Assembly (NCBI RefSeq): GCF_009914755.1
Contig: NC_060931.1
Strand: one strand, 5' to 3'
DNA length: 64,000 bases
Origin: the human T2T-CHM13v2.0 reference genome, Homo sapiens
A program made the translations under genes and the position numbers. The notes beneath the pieces were generated by a model that saw only the letters and a list, made by a program, of their open reading frames with translations, made no database searches and was not told the DNA's origin. This document shows, piece after piece, positions 1 through 12,239 of the stretch. Every line of letters begins with the position of its first letter. Position 1 is the stretch's first letter.

Positions 1-129
1 CTTTGACCATTCTTTGTATTTATCCTTATAATCCAGCAGAAGAAGCAATGGCCTTACAGTGAGGCCACACAGAAGCAAGGTAACCACATGGTGAAGGAAG
101 GTGACTCTATCTGTGGACCAGTTCCCAGA

Positions 130-330
130 GCATGGCCTTGATCCTATGGGCCAGGGCAGCCATGGGGCTTTTTTCATTAGAGGAAGGAATGGTCAGATTT
201 ACAATTTGCATAAGTTTCTTCAGCTACTCAGCATGGGATGGATGTATGGGTCCAAGCTTGAAAGCAGGAAGCCTAGTTTGGAGGCTCCTCAAATAGTACA
301 ATGAGAAGAAATCTGAGCTGGAGTTAGTAT
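130..330 (-). mobile_element. Degenerate L2 LINE fragment
   Basis: Weak resemblance to L2 antisense sequence (ggtcagattt...gaaagcaggaagcctagtttggaggct); boundaries approximate. Confidence 0.4.
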
Positions 331-3300
331 CCTAAGAAGCCTTTGAATGTGGGAGGCAGAGAATATATACACCCATTCCAAGCTAAAATGCTTATAAATT
401 TGTATCACTGAGAGAGACCTTGAGAAGTGTTGAAACTGGCAGAGACTTCTTGTTCAAATCTCTCACTTTATGGATGACATTCAGAGACAGGAAGATAATT
501 TCCACTGATGTGTCAGTTGCCTTTGGAAATGAAGCCTCAAGGAAAGAAGCTCATTGTGCAATTGGATAATATAATGAGGGCTGTGGATTTATAATTGAGC
601 AACAAAAGCAGAAACAGGAAGAAACATCATGTTTCTAAATTAAAAGGTCTGTTTGGAAAAAAATTAAGTTTTGGTCCTGACAATTTCTATAATTGTGCTA
701 AAACCTTCTTAAGCATTTGTGATTCAGCATTCTTTTAGTTACAGTTGAACATCAAAAAAAAAAGTCCCTCTAATATATTTTAGGCAGATATTTCTTTCAA
801 ATGACACTGTGACAGACCTTTTTAAACACTGTGTATTGTACAATAAATGCTTGGCAGATTAGCAATTTGTTGTAAGGAAGAATGTTTAGAGAGCAGTTTA
901 ATAATATTAAACTTTGTGAACTTTATTTTGTTTACTGATCACTCATGTTAACAGATTAAAACATGCAACCATCAGGCACTATTAAAACGCTGGATACAAG
1001 TTGGTTGATACATATTTTTAAGGATAGATGACTATTCCTTTGACAGATTTTTATAATATTTTTGCTGCAGCATCAAATTGTTTTGAGAAAGACTACCCCT
1101 GGCACAGGAAAACATGAAACTATTTCAAAGTATATTGAATGTCCTGCTTGTTTCCTTACTATATAACTATGGAGATGATAGTTACACTGAATTTTAAGGG
1201 AAGGAAAGCAACCAGTTAACCAAAGAATAAGTGCAAATCTATTTCAGCAAAGGAGAAATAGGTTGCCTTTTTTCTGACATGGATACTGCTTTAAAACTTT
1301 CTTAATGGCAATACTTGGATTCACAGAATCAGAGTCTCAAAATGGACAACCAACTTCAGAAGATATTTAACCTTGTTTTTTGTAACTTTCCTAATATAAA
1401 ATCTCCCATCTTTTTACATATTTCCACTAATCGTAACAATTTTGTCACTGAGTATAGATATGAGTAAGAAACTTCTAGAGAATTGTCTCAGGTAGCACAT
1501 GAAATTATACCTATCTGCCATTCATGACTAAAAATGAAATAATCTTAACATTGAAGGGATATTAATGAGGATCTCACCCCCCATGCATCTTAATAATTAG
1601 AACTTACTTCCACAACATTCCTTATAGATTTGTTGAGAGCTATTGTCTGTGTATACCATTCAATCTTCCCCAAACCATGGAAGTGCTTGCCATAATTTAT
1701 ATTTCAAAGATAATTTTCTTTTAGTTACAGCTGAACATCAAAGAAAAAATTCCTCTGATATGTTTCAGGCATACTAAGAAACTTGCCTCAAAATACACAG
1801 GCAAATGGTGGTACAGCCAGATTGCAAATGCTGGCGTTTCACCTCTAAAGTCTGCACTGGTTTCTCCCATGTGGCCAGGTCACTGGAACACATATCTGCC
1901 TGCTGTGGGAGACTGCATTTCCCACCGTTGTAGAGGTGCCCACTGAGATGAACGCTACCTTGTCCAAAGGATGTTGTGGTAAGAGACTGCACTTCAGAGT
2001 GGTAGATGAAATGGATGGCTACATAGCTACTGCCTTCTTTTCAGAATCTGAGACTCCATGATCCTTTTCATCTCAGGGTGTGTGTGAAGGGACAGAGGAT
2101 TACAGATCTATTGCCGATTGTTCCGCTATTTCTTCATTGAGCACATTGTGCCTCAGCCAGGCGCCAGACCCTCTCATGCATGAGGGCTGGTTCTTACCTT
2201 GGTGCATCTGTCTCATGTGCTAATGTGAGGACAATTTGGCAAATGATTTATCAGAGAAATGTATGACTTCAGGTGCCTCTGTTTCTTCAAATATAAACTG
2301 GAGGAAGGAGAGGGCTGAACTTTGATGATGTGTTTGCCTTCTGAGAACTGGGTACAGTTTACACATCAATTTCATCCAGTTTGCCTTGGTGGCTTTGTAG
2401 TAAGACAGGTCTGATTTTAAATCACCTAAATTGCTATCGTGAGCCACAAAAAAAGTAGAAGGAGGATAATACTACTTTCTTCTCAAATTCATTGTCAGAC
2501 TTAAATAGGATATTGAATACATGTAAATTTCCTAGTGGGGTACCCATTACAAAGTAAATTTCCAAAAATGTTAGTTATTCTTCTTACCACTCTACATTTC
2601 TGGGCAAGACTGATGTAATCCTAGATGCTTCTGTAGCTCATAGAAAATGGTGTTTCCTACTGTGTGCCCTGTGGGACGCTGCTACAAGGTATTAGAAGAT
2701 GTTCTACTAAAAAAAAAGAAAAAAAATGTCCCATGGAAATTATGTGATAAACAAATTCCACCAGGGTTCCATATACAGTGTGCAATGTGAGCCTCTAAGA
2801 AGGTGATATAATTAAACAGCGTTATCCCAGGATGTAGCTCCAGGATTATGCTTTCTCCCCACTCCAGAGGATATGAGAACATGGCATGCAGAATTACACA
2901 GAAGACAGTCTGGGACACAATGACAGAGACAGAAGATTCTGCTCTTTGGCAATATGGATGGGGGGCACTTAAGCACCTCAAAAAGAATGTGAGCAGGTAT
3001 CAAGACATTCGTCTTGAATGTGTTTCAATAGATTGAAATACTAGTAATTTGAGCTTTACTCTTTATTGATTATTGGTAACAATTTATTTAGGACATACCT
3101 GAGGACAAAGGACTCAGAAAACTCTTGTCCTGGTGGGCAGAGTTGTCCACCCACAGTGGGCCAGGAGATGCCGTTTAATTTGGCACCGCTTTTAAGCAAA
3201 GATTAAAAATGCTTTGAGGACAGAGAGAGAAAAAGAGCAAACCAAAGTATCTAAACACAGGACCAAGGAATTTCTTCTTAAAAAGCGGGGTCACTCAACC

Positions 3301-5294
3301 CTCAGTAGCCCTAATCCCAAGTTAAAGACCGGCTAATGCAGGTGAATCAACTCTAGCTTGTTTTAGCCTCTCAGTGCTCAGGGGCTGGTTTGCTGTTTTC
3401 CCATAAACTGCAACTACCCAGTTGAGGGCTAAAGGTTAGTGAGCTTTGGCCAGCAGCCATTTCTTAGCAGCTAAATCACAAGTGTCTAGAAAACTTATCT
3501 TGCTCTGTATTTGTTTCCCATGGGCCCCAGGGACTCTGACTCCAAGGTCAAACATGACAAAGTCAATCCTGCAACTGGTTTCCTTGACCCAGAGGATATC
3601 TTTATATCCTCAAAATATGGACTAGGAACTCTGAACTGACAAGCCAGACTTCTAACCCCATCCCGGACCCCATTAGTAGTGGCAGAGGCCAAGTGGCCTC
3701 CCCAAAGTGCTGTGGGCTCTGGTCTTCAGCTGCTGATAGCAGTTGCATGGTACTAAGCTCAGTCCCCTTGTTACATATACCACAATGCATGCCCGTGTTT
3801 CTGTATGTGTGTACCTCACTACTCATGGACTTGCTTTTACTGTGACACATGGAAGCTCAAAACGCTAAAGTGCAAAGGTCACAGGTGACTAGATAAATGA
3901 TAAGCAAACAATGTGGTTCTAATTTTAATTTCTGCAAATACTCTCAGGTGTACCATCAAATTAAATTTACTGTAAGTACTGAAGTAGATTTCCTAGAAAC
4001 CAAGCTTAAAAGTCTATATAAAATTAATGTTATTTTAAATACTATTTTAGTTCCTCCTTTTCCTTTTAAAATATCAAACATATATGATTTGGCAGGCCTC
4101 CCTGTGAGGATATCTCATTTTGAGATATGGCTGAAAAAAAATCTGATTTTCAGATGTTCAAGCTAGTAAATACCCAGAGATGGCTGTCCAGAGTCACCTC
4201 CCTATGCAGACCTGGCTTTCCTGCAGCTTGCTTTTCTCTATCCATCAGGCACCATTCCAGGCTGCTCATCCTCCCGACGTTTTCTGATCTCATGGCTGAC
4301 CTGCTGTCCAGGTTTCTAGCTTTCCAGGGTGATGCAGACCTCAACACCTCTCTATTTTTACTATAGCTGAATAAAGCCCAGGATTTTTTTCTGAATAAGG
4401 TTTCTATTGCTGTAAAATATTCAGCCTGTGGACAAGAGCAAACAAATGAGTGATGCTAGAAATGTGAGACATGAGTCTGGCCCTCTAGAGTTCTCACAGG
4501 CAGTGAGTTCTTGCCAGTGGCTGGCTGCTCTCTTAGGCAGTGCCTGGAAGTCCCTCTATCCCTCCCTTTTCTCCATGATTCCTGAGGGCAGAGCTGGAAA
4601 ACATCTCCAGTCTGCTCACCCTAAACCACCTCCCTCCTCTTCCTCAACCTCAAGGCCAGGAGACACAGCTGAAAGAGAACAAGGGCTGGAGACACCAGGA
4701 GAGCTCCATGCTCTTTCCTGATCTCCCTCTGGGTTAGTTGCATACCCAGGTATCCCAGCCAATGCGCTTCTAAGGAACTCAAGCGGCCCACTCCTCTCTA
4801 TGGAAAAGGAATAGCTGAAGGCACAGAGGATCTTCAAAACTTTCTCTTCACCCAGGGCAGGTTGCATTCCCTGATGGAGCCCGACTCACACCTGGGCAGG
4901 TGGCATCAAGCAAGTACTTTCATCCAATTGGCCTTGATACCTAGTTGGTAGTGGTTTCAGAATACCATTCCTCTGAAGGAAGATGCCTTCCAAATAAATT
5001 TTATTCAGAGGAGCTGTAGGAGCCACCCTGGGGAGGAGAGAAGGGCAAGAAGGAGGGTTTTCATGTTCCTGCTGTCAACCTTCAGCCACAGTCCCAGTGG
5101 TTGGGGATTTCTCATTATATCTTATTTAAAGAAGGAGATTTCATAACCCAAAACTTGAAAACTACTAAATTGCACAATCCTGTAAAGGTCCCTTTACCTC
5201 TGTCATCTCAACTTTGTTAAGTACTTATGTCATCATTATTTAACTTCTCTTGGAAAATGTAAGCGATTATCTAATCAAGTCATTGAATATCTGT

Positions 5295-5403
5295 TCTTCC
5301 TTTTTTCTTTCCCTTTTCCTTTCTCCCTTCCTTCCTTATTTCCTTCCTTTCTTCTTTCCTCCTTGCTTTTCATGCTGTCCTGCCTTTCATTTTTTCTCTC
5401 TTT
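5295..5403. repeat. Polypyrimidine (CT-rich) low-complexity tract
   Basis: ttcttccttttttctttccctttt...; almost purine-free on the + strand. Confidence 0.8.
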
Positions 5404-5774
5404 AAATTTAGAGGTTTCAAAGTGTTTGTTAGAAATTAATATTTTGTGCTTTTATAAATTATTAAATATTGGCTTTCAAAAGAAGTTTACCCATTCCATG
5501 GACCAAATGATAAATAATAATCCGAATATTTAGACATGGACAAAAATTTAAATCCCTAATTTAAAAGATTGAAATAGATTTTATTGTTTTTCCCTTGATT
5601 GATTAGAGAAGCTCAACTGAAAGTAGGTTGTCAGTGGGAATGTGCCATGAACATGGATACATTAGGGAATCCTCAGAGCCTGTCCACAGACCCAGGAGGC
5701 TGCAAGGAAGAGTCACCTATGAAGCTTTATGGGACCTGGACTGAGATTCTGGCACACAGTGTGAGCCATCAAGC

Positions 5775-5980
5775 TATCCTATCTGGCCTTTCATCAGGCT
5801 CTACTACCTATTTTCTGGGCTTTGGCCTGCTCATCTATAAAATGGGAATAATAATGGCATCTATAAGATTATTAGTAGGGCCTCAGTTTTTCCATCTCTG
5901 AAAGGATTTTCTTAGGATATGTAAAGCTCATAGAACAGTACCTGAGTAGTGACCAATAAAGACCAACTATTAGTATTATT
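5775..5980 (+). mobile_element. MIR SINE with a partly repeated core
   Basis: MIR core ctcatctataaaatgggaataataat, then a second core-like gcctcagtttttccatct and a 3'-end-like gtaaagctcatagaacagtacctg. Confidence 0.6.
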
Positions 5981-6736
5981 TTTGCCATTAATGGTTGTTT
6001 TGGAGAAAATCCCTTCACCATTATGAACATCAGTCTCATCTTTTGTCAAATGTGATATTCATACATCTCCTTTAACATATATCTCGTATGTTAAACAATG
6101 ACCTGGGTCCAGGGAGAGTTGACAAGGTGTGATGTTGGCCATGGAGATGTTCCTGGTATTAGCAATTAAATTAATTGATTGCAGAATGTGAGGACACTTC
6201 AGGCCGTGCAATTCATGTACTTTCTATTGATTGTCTTTCTTCTCTACAGAGCTCCTTAGGGGTGGTCTTGCAGTGCTCAGCATGAAGATCCACATGGCAA
6301 TTGGACAGGCAATCACATTCATGTTTTGAGTTAGTGTTGATGATTACGATGTTTACATTTTATTTAAGTTACAGATTTTTCTCTCACTTGTCACACATTC
6401 ATCTTAGTTCTGCTCTGAGGAAATATATGCCCTATTTCTGCTGTTAGAGTTTCAAATACTAGAAGATAAGCATTTGGCACTTGGCTTGAGCTCCCTTCCT
6501 TCCCTTCCTTCCTGTTCCATCACATGACAAACTGAGCACATGACTTTGCTTCCTCTCTCCCATCCCACTGTGTATGTACATGTGAGTGTGAAGGAACATA
6601 TGTGTGTGTGTTTATGTAAACACAGCCAAGCCCCTGTGCAGAACTTTATTTTGGGCTGAAGTTTTAGGATACTATCCTTGAGGATACTATATTGAGATAA
6701 ATCTCTTATGAAGTTATTGGCTAAGTTTTTACATAT

Positions 6737-6820
6737 TACATATATTTATATGTGTGTGTATATATATACATATACATATATACATATGCACACACATACA
6801 TATATATAAATATTTATATA
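6737..6820. repeat. Mixed (TA)n/(TG)n/(CA)n microsatellite
   Basis: Alternating purine-pyrimidine run seen directly. Confidence 0.8.
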
Positions 6821-7975
6821 AATTTTAAAATCAGAGCAACTGGATAAAAATCCAGTAAAAATCAGAGCAACTGGATACATTTGAATTGAGAAATATATAA
6901 TAGGGTTTATGTCAAATGAAAAATACATTAATCATCTGGAAGGGAATAAGTTACTTGAACCTTAACTTGTACCTTTCTGTAATCTTCTGAAAATGTTTGT
7001 GTAATTGTTTTTCAATGTTTTTAATATTCTTGCTTTTTTCTTCTTTTTGGTTCTAGCCAGAATGTAGCAGAATGTGAAGCAGACATACTAAGATAAGAAT
7101 AAGAGTGATTCTTATAATGTTTCATGTTCATATAAAAGGAATAATAAAATTGAGCTCCCTTTTCCCTTTTGCAATCTCAGACTCCAGAAATAAAAGATTT
7201 AATTAGCCCTTTTAGGTTTCATGATCTTATCTGTATTTATTTAACATAAATAACCTGCAGATATTCTAAAAATATCAGAGGTGGCTTACATTAAGATACA
7301 TATGCAGTATGGTTAAAAGAGAAAATAAAAAACTTTGGTAAAGGAAGGGATATAAATGTATCAGTCACCTTGAAATATCCTTATGATAGCTGTATATCAA
7401 ATTGACCACTTTTAGGTACCTTCACAGCCAAAACAAAAAGGAAAACAGTTTTGTTCAAATACTTCTCATTGTCTTATTTTCAAAAAATGAAGCCAATTCT
7501 AGGACCAGTAAACTATTCCTAGCATTGAATTCTAAAAGGAAAGTATTGTGTTTGTATATTTTTGAGGGACATTATGCATCACCACCAATAATAGCTCTTT
7601 AAAATGTGTTTCCAATACATAAATATAAAAGTCATAGGTATAACATATTTACAGGAGCAAAACTAAAAATGCCCAGCTCTATGTGACTTTAATGATTGAT
7701 TTTACCAGAAATAGATATGTCTTATGTTTTTTCACCGTTTTGGAATTGATTTATCACTACTTCCTGTTATGCTAAAATTTTTCTCTAAACTGTTCAGATA
7801 AAACAGTTGTTTTTACATTACTTCAAGTAGTTTTGAGAAAAATTTTGACAAATTGTATAGATGTGTTTTATGATTTGAAACTAATCAAGAAAACAGGATA
7901 GAGAAGTTCTAGCATTCTAGACAATGGACAGAACAGACAAGTACAGTAACCAAGTGCAGAAAGATTTCCGTTCCA

Positions 7976-8291
7976 GCAGATTGTGCTGGCTCACGCCTGT
8001 AATCCTAGAACTTTGAGAGGCTGAGGTGGGGGATTTTCTCAAGCCCAGGAGTTCAAGACCACCCTGGGCAACATGGCAAGACCCTGTCTCTGGAAAAAAA
8101 AAAAAAAAAGAGCTGGGTGTGTTGCTATATACCTGTGGTCTCCAGCTACTTGGGAGACTGAGGTGGGAGGATCAGTTGAGCACAGGAGTTTGGGGCTACA
8201 GTGAGCCTTGTTTGCACCACTGCACTCCAGCCTGGGTGACAGAGCAAAACCCTGTCTCCAAAAAAAATAAAAATAAAAATAAAATAAAAAA
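7976..8291 (+). mobile_element. Alu SINE, AluJ-like, full length
   Basis: ggctcacgcctgtaatcc...aagcccaggagttcaagacc...; A-rich linker, right arm and AAAAT-type tail; J-type gcccagga and gggaggatc. Confidence 0.92.
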
Positions 8292-8609
8292 CGCTTTTTC
8301 CACCAGGTGCTAGGAAATGTATGTTTCTCCTCTTAGCATTAACTTATTCAGGTAAAACATATAAAAATCATAAACTAATCAACTAGCATAAAGGAGTATA
8401 TGGTCAATAGCAAAAGCCTACCTCTCTGCTGTACCACTATTAAGGTTCTTATGAATCTTAGGAATTTGTGATGCAAATGTGAACATAGGTTTATACATAT
8501 TATAGGGTTTTTTTGAGCAAATATGGTCTTACTATTATACGGTTTTCTTTTTCCCCTTAACAATATATCTTTGACATATTTCCATAATAGTATAAATAGA
8601 TTCCCTAGC

Positions 8610-8884
8610 TTTTTTTTTTTTTTTTTTTTTTGAGACAGAGTTTCGCACTTGTTGCCCAGGCTGGAGTACAATGGCACGATCTTGGCTCACTGCAACCTCT
8701 GCCTCCTGGGTTCAAGCAATTCTCCTCAGCCTCCAAAGTGGCTGGTATTATAGGCACCCACCACCATGCCCAGCTAATTTTTGTATTTTTAGTGCAGATG
8801 GGGTTTCACCATGTTGGCTAGGCTGGTCTTGAACTCCTGACCTCAGGAGATCCACCCACCTCGGCCTCCCAAAGTGCTGGAATT
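8610..8884 (-). mobile_element. Alu SINE, AluS-like (Sq/Sx), missing ~25 nt at its 5' end
   Basis: Poly-T then gagacagagtttcgcacttgttgcccaggctggag...cctcccaaagtgctgg; stops before the canonical Alu 5' terminus. Confidence 0.92.
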
Positions 8885-9512
8885 TCATTTTAAGTCAGTT
8901 AAGGTTTTCTTTGTTCTTGTACTTTAAAAATAGTACTGTGTATAAGTCTTTAATCCATCTGGCATTTAGTTTTGTGTGAGGATCCACATCACATCCCTTC
9001 CCTCCTCCTTTTTTTTTTTTTTTTTTACTTCAATGGCAAACAGTTTCCCCACAGCCAATTGTTAAATCACACTTTTCTTTAGTCTTGGAATGTACTTAAA
9101 ATTACCAGCCAATAAACAATTTTTAAGTGCTTTTTAAATGTACACAACTATGCTAACCACTTAAGACATAAAGATTGATGATGCTTTTGTGCTTAGGAAG
9201 ACCATAGCTGACAAACGGAGACACAAACAATTTGTAACAATATAGGTGGTTTACATTACAGAGCAACACAACACAATATTGTGGAGTGTTTCTTAGAGGA
9301 TAACTGGGAATTTGCCAATAAGAGATAGTGGGAGCCTTTCACAAGAAGCAGCATACCCATCAGCATGGGGTATTCAACCCAAGAGAACAAAGGGACAGGA
9401 TATAGTATCCCAAAAGTCCAAGTATTTGTAGAGTTTCTGTCCTAAGCTGGAAAGGTAGATTTGAATCTACAAATGAACACCTTTGCCTACTTGCTAAAAG
9501 CTACAAATATTC

Positions 9513-9656
9513 TTTTTTTTTTTTTTGGAAACTTTAATACCTCATTTTATTTTATTATTTATTTATTTATTTTTATTTTGCTTTAAGTTCTGGGATAAAT
9601 GTGCAGAACGTGCAGGTTTGTTACATAGGTATACATGTGCCATGGTGGTTTGCCGC
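9513..9656 (-). mobile_element. Heavily 5'-truncated L1PA (L1PA7/8-like) 3' end with a double tail
   Basis: ctttaagttctgggataaatgtgcagaacgtgcaggtttgttacataggtatacatgtgccatggtggtttgc is the antisense L1PA 3' terminus; A-rich tail 9545-9579; second poly-T 9513-9526. Confidence 0.85.
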
Positions 9657-10908
9657 CGATATCCTTATGGCCCCAGAAGGCAAGACACATCTGAAAATAA
9701 GCCATGGCTACCTGTTGAGGAATCTCACTCTGGCCAGTGGGCACATGATGAGCTGTACTGAGGAGAGGCCTGAGACAGGGCAGTGGTCCAGGAGTCAGCC
9801 AAGAGGGGAAGATGCCTGGGTTTGTGAAGACCCAGGGAGGAGCGAGCCCTGGGTGGAGGGTGAGGAGGATCATGAGTTTAGGTGTGAGTGTGCTGAGTTT
9901 GAGAATAACACTATGTGCATAATAGAAACACTAAAATGCTAGGTCTTCTTGTGCGTTGATCAGGAAGAGAAAACATCACCCTGGAACATGCAACCTATCT
10001 TATCTGCTACCTTCCATGCCCTTCTCTGCAGTCATTGCACCACGGACATCATTGCTGCCATATGTTCCTTCCTCCTGTTGTAATTATTTAAACTCACTAC
10101 ATGCCTAGGGCCTCTCTAAACAGCAAACACCTTGGGACTAGAGAATGAAACACTGTTTATGCATACAGTGTCTGGCCCACCAAAGCCTGACATAGACTAG
10201 GGAATTCATAGACATTTATGGAATGAAATGGTAATTAATTTCAGAAACTGGATATCCAGGAGATTAATGGACTGTGTAAGAGTTAGTCAAACCCGCTCAA
10301 CCATCATAAGAAAGTCTTGATACAGAAAATTGGACTGGAGAGCCTGTGCTTTGCACTCATAACATGGGTATGTGAAAGAATAATTCTGAATTTTTTTTGT
10401 CATTCCAGGCTCAATATTCCAGTAGTTGGAAATTAGTAATGCTGAGCTTACCCAACCCACAAGGCCCATATCTTCTGATAACTGGAGTCAGAGGCGTTGC
10501 TTCTGCCATCTATCACCAATATTTTTACATTTCCTGGTGTGTATTTTCCAAGTATAACCAGATCTTGTTGGACACATCCCTGGATTTACATAATCGGGGC
10601 AGTGTGGAGAAGGACTGCTCAGGGGTCTAATGCATCCCAGCTTGGCTACCACCAGGCATGTTCCCACACTCTCAATCTCAGTGTGTAAAAATAAGAATAA
10701 CAATGGTAACTAAACATAGGGCCATGCTAAGGATTCAAGAAGAAAATATATCTTATCAAATGAGATCTTTACTTAGAAAAATAAAGCACATCTTTATGCT
10801 TGTGCAGGTAAAATGTAGAAAATACGGAGAAACCAATGAAGAAAACAAACCACCACAAAACCTACAATCCTGAGTTAGCCCAAATACCATATATTTCAAT
10901 ATATAACC

Positions 10909-11319
10909 TGATATGTTTTGGATCTGTGTCCCTGCCAAATCTCATGTTGACCTGTAATCCCCAGTGTTGGAGATGGGGCCTGGTGGGAGGTGTTTGCATC
11001 ACGCGGTGGATTCCTCATGAATGGCTTAGTGCTATCCTCTTGGTGATGAGCGAGTTCCTGTGAGATCTGGTTGTTTAAGTGTGTGGGACCTTCCACCCTC
11101 ACCTCTCTCTCTTGCTTCTATTCTTGCCATGTGAGACTCCAGCTCCCCTTTTGCCTTCTGCCATGATTGTAAGCTCCCTGAGGCTTCAACAGAAACCAAG
11201 CAGAAGCTGGCACCATGCTTCCTGTACAAGCCTGCAGAACTGTGAAGCAGTTAACCCTCTGTTATTTATAAATTACCCAGCTTTAGATGTTTCTTTATAG
11301 CAATACAAGAACAGATTCA
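10909..11319 (+). mobile_element. MST (MSTA/MSTB-like) MaLR solo LTR
   Basis: TG...CA termini; tgatatgttttggatctgtgtccctgccaaatctcatg...tataaattacccag; 5-bp TSD TAACC at 10904-10908 and 11320-11324. Confidence 0.9.
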
Positions 11320-11559
11320 TAACCTCTCAAGCTTGATTTTTTCTTAACTAAAATCATGTTTTTATTCAAAATCATAACACAACATCCCTTTGTGTCACTA
11401 AATGCAGTTCTGCAGTAATGTGTGAATCTTGCTGGATAGTATTCCACTGCATGGTTTCTAGCTTTACTTCTCGTTGTTGGACATCTGCATTATTTACAAT
11501 CACTCATCTTTGTAAAAAGAGCTATAATAATCAGAATAAGGGCTTACCTATATTTAATT

Positions 11560-11650
11560 TAGTCTGTGCCAGGCTGCAGTCTAATTGTTCTCTATGAATT
11601 AATTTGCTCACTGTCCCCAACAATCCAACGAGCTATTAGGATTATCACCC
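11560..11650 (-). mobile_element. MIR SINE, left half (interrupted by the L1)
   Basis: tgtgccaggc...caacaatccaacgagctattaggattatc continues at 20661 as aggattatctgccccgttttaagatggaagaaactgaggcac (antisense MIR core). Confidence 0.6.
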
Positions 11651-12239
11651 ACAGTGCTGGTCAAGATGGCTGACTAGGAGCAGCTAATATGTGTGGCTCT
11701 CACCAAGAGGAATAGAAGAGGCAAGTAAATACAGCACCTTCAACTGAAACATCCAGGTACATGCATCAGAACTAATCAAGGAAACAACTTGACCCATGGA
11801 GAACAGAGAAACAGCAAGGCAGGACGACTGTCCACCCAGAAGCAACATGGAGCCAAGGGAACCTCTTCCACTCAGGGAAACAGTGAGTGAATGAGCGACT
11901 CTGAGGACTCATGCTTCTCCCATGGGTCTTTGCAACCCTCAGATCAGGAGATCCCCTCATGAACCCACTCTACTAGGGCTTTCAGTCTGACATACAGAGC
12001 TAAGTGGAGTCTCAGCAGAGCAGTCACTCAGACAGACGTGGAGCCTTGGAAACCTGGGCTTCCTTGCAAAAGCAGCTGCAACTCCGGCAAAGAAAGAGGT
12101 TAGAACCCTGTGCATACCCCTGGGAAAGGGATTGAATCCAGCGGGATAGCAGCGACAAGCTGCAGGCCCCACTTCCATGGCACCTCGCAGGATAAAACCC
12201 ACTGGCTTGGAACCCTAGCCAGCTTCCAGTGGCAGCATT

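Noticed and set aside
8026-8821. Alu-derived ORFs (also at 19485-19902, 22365, 23140-23424, 36795-37398, 41515)
   Set aside because: Typical Alu read-through translations.
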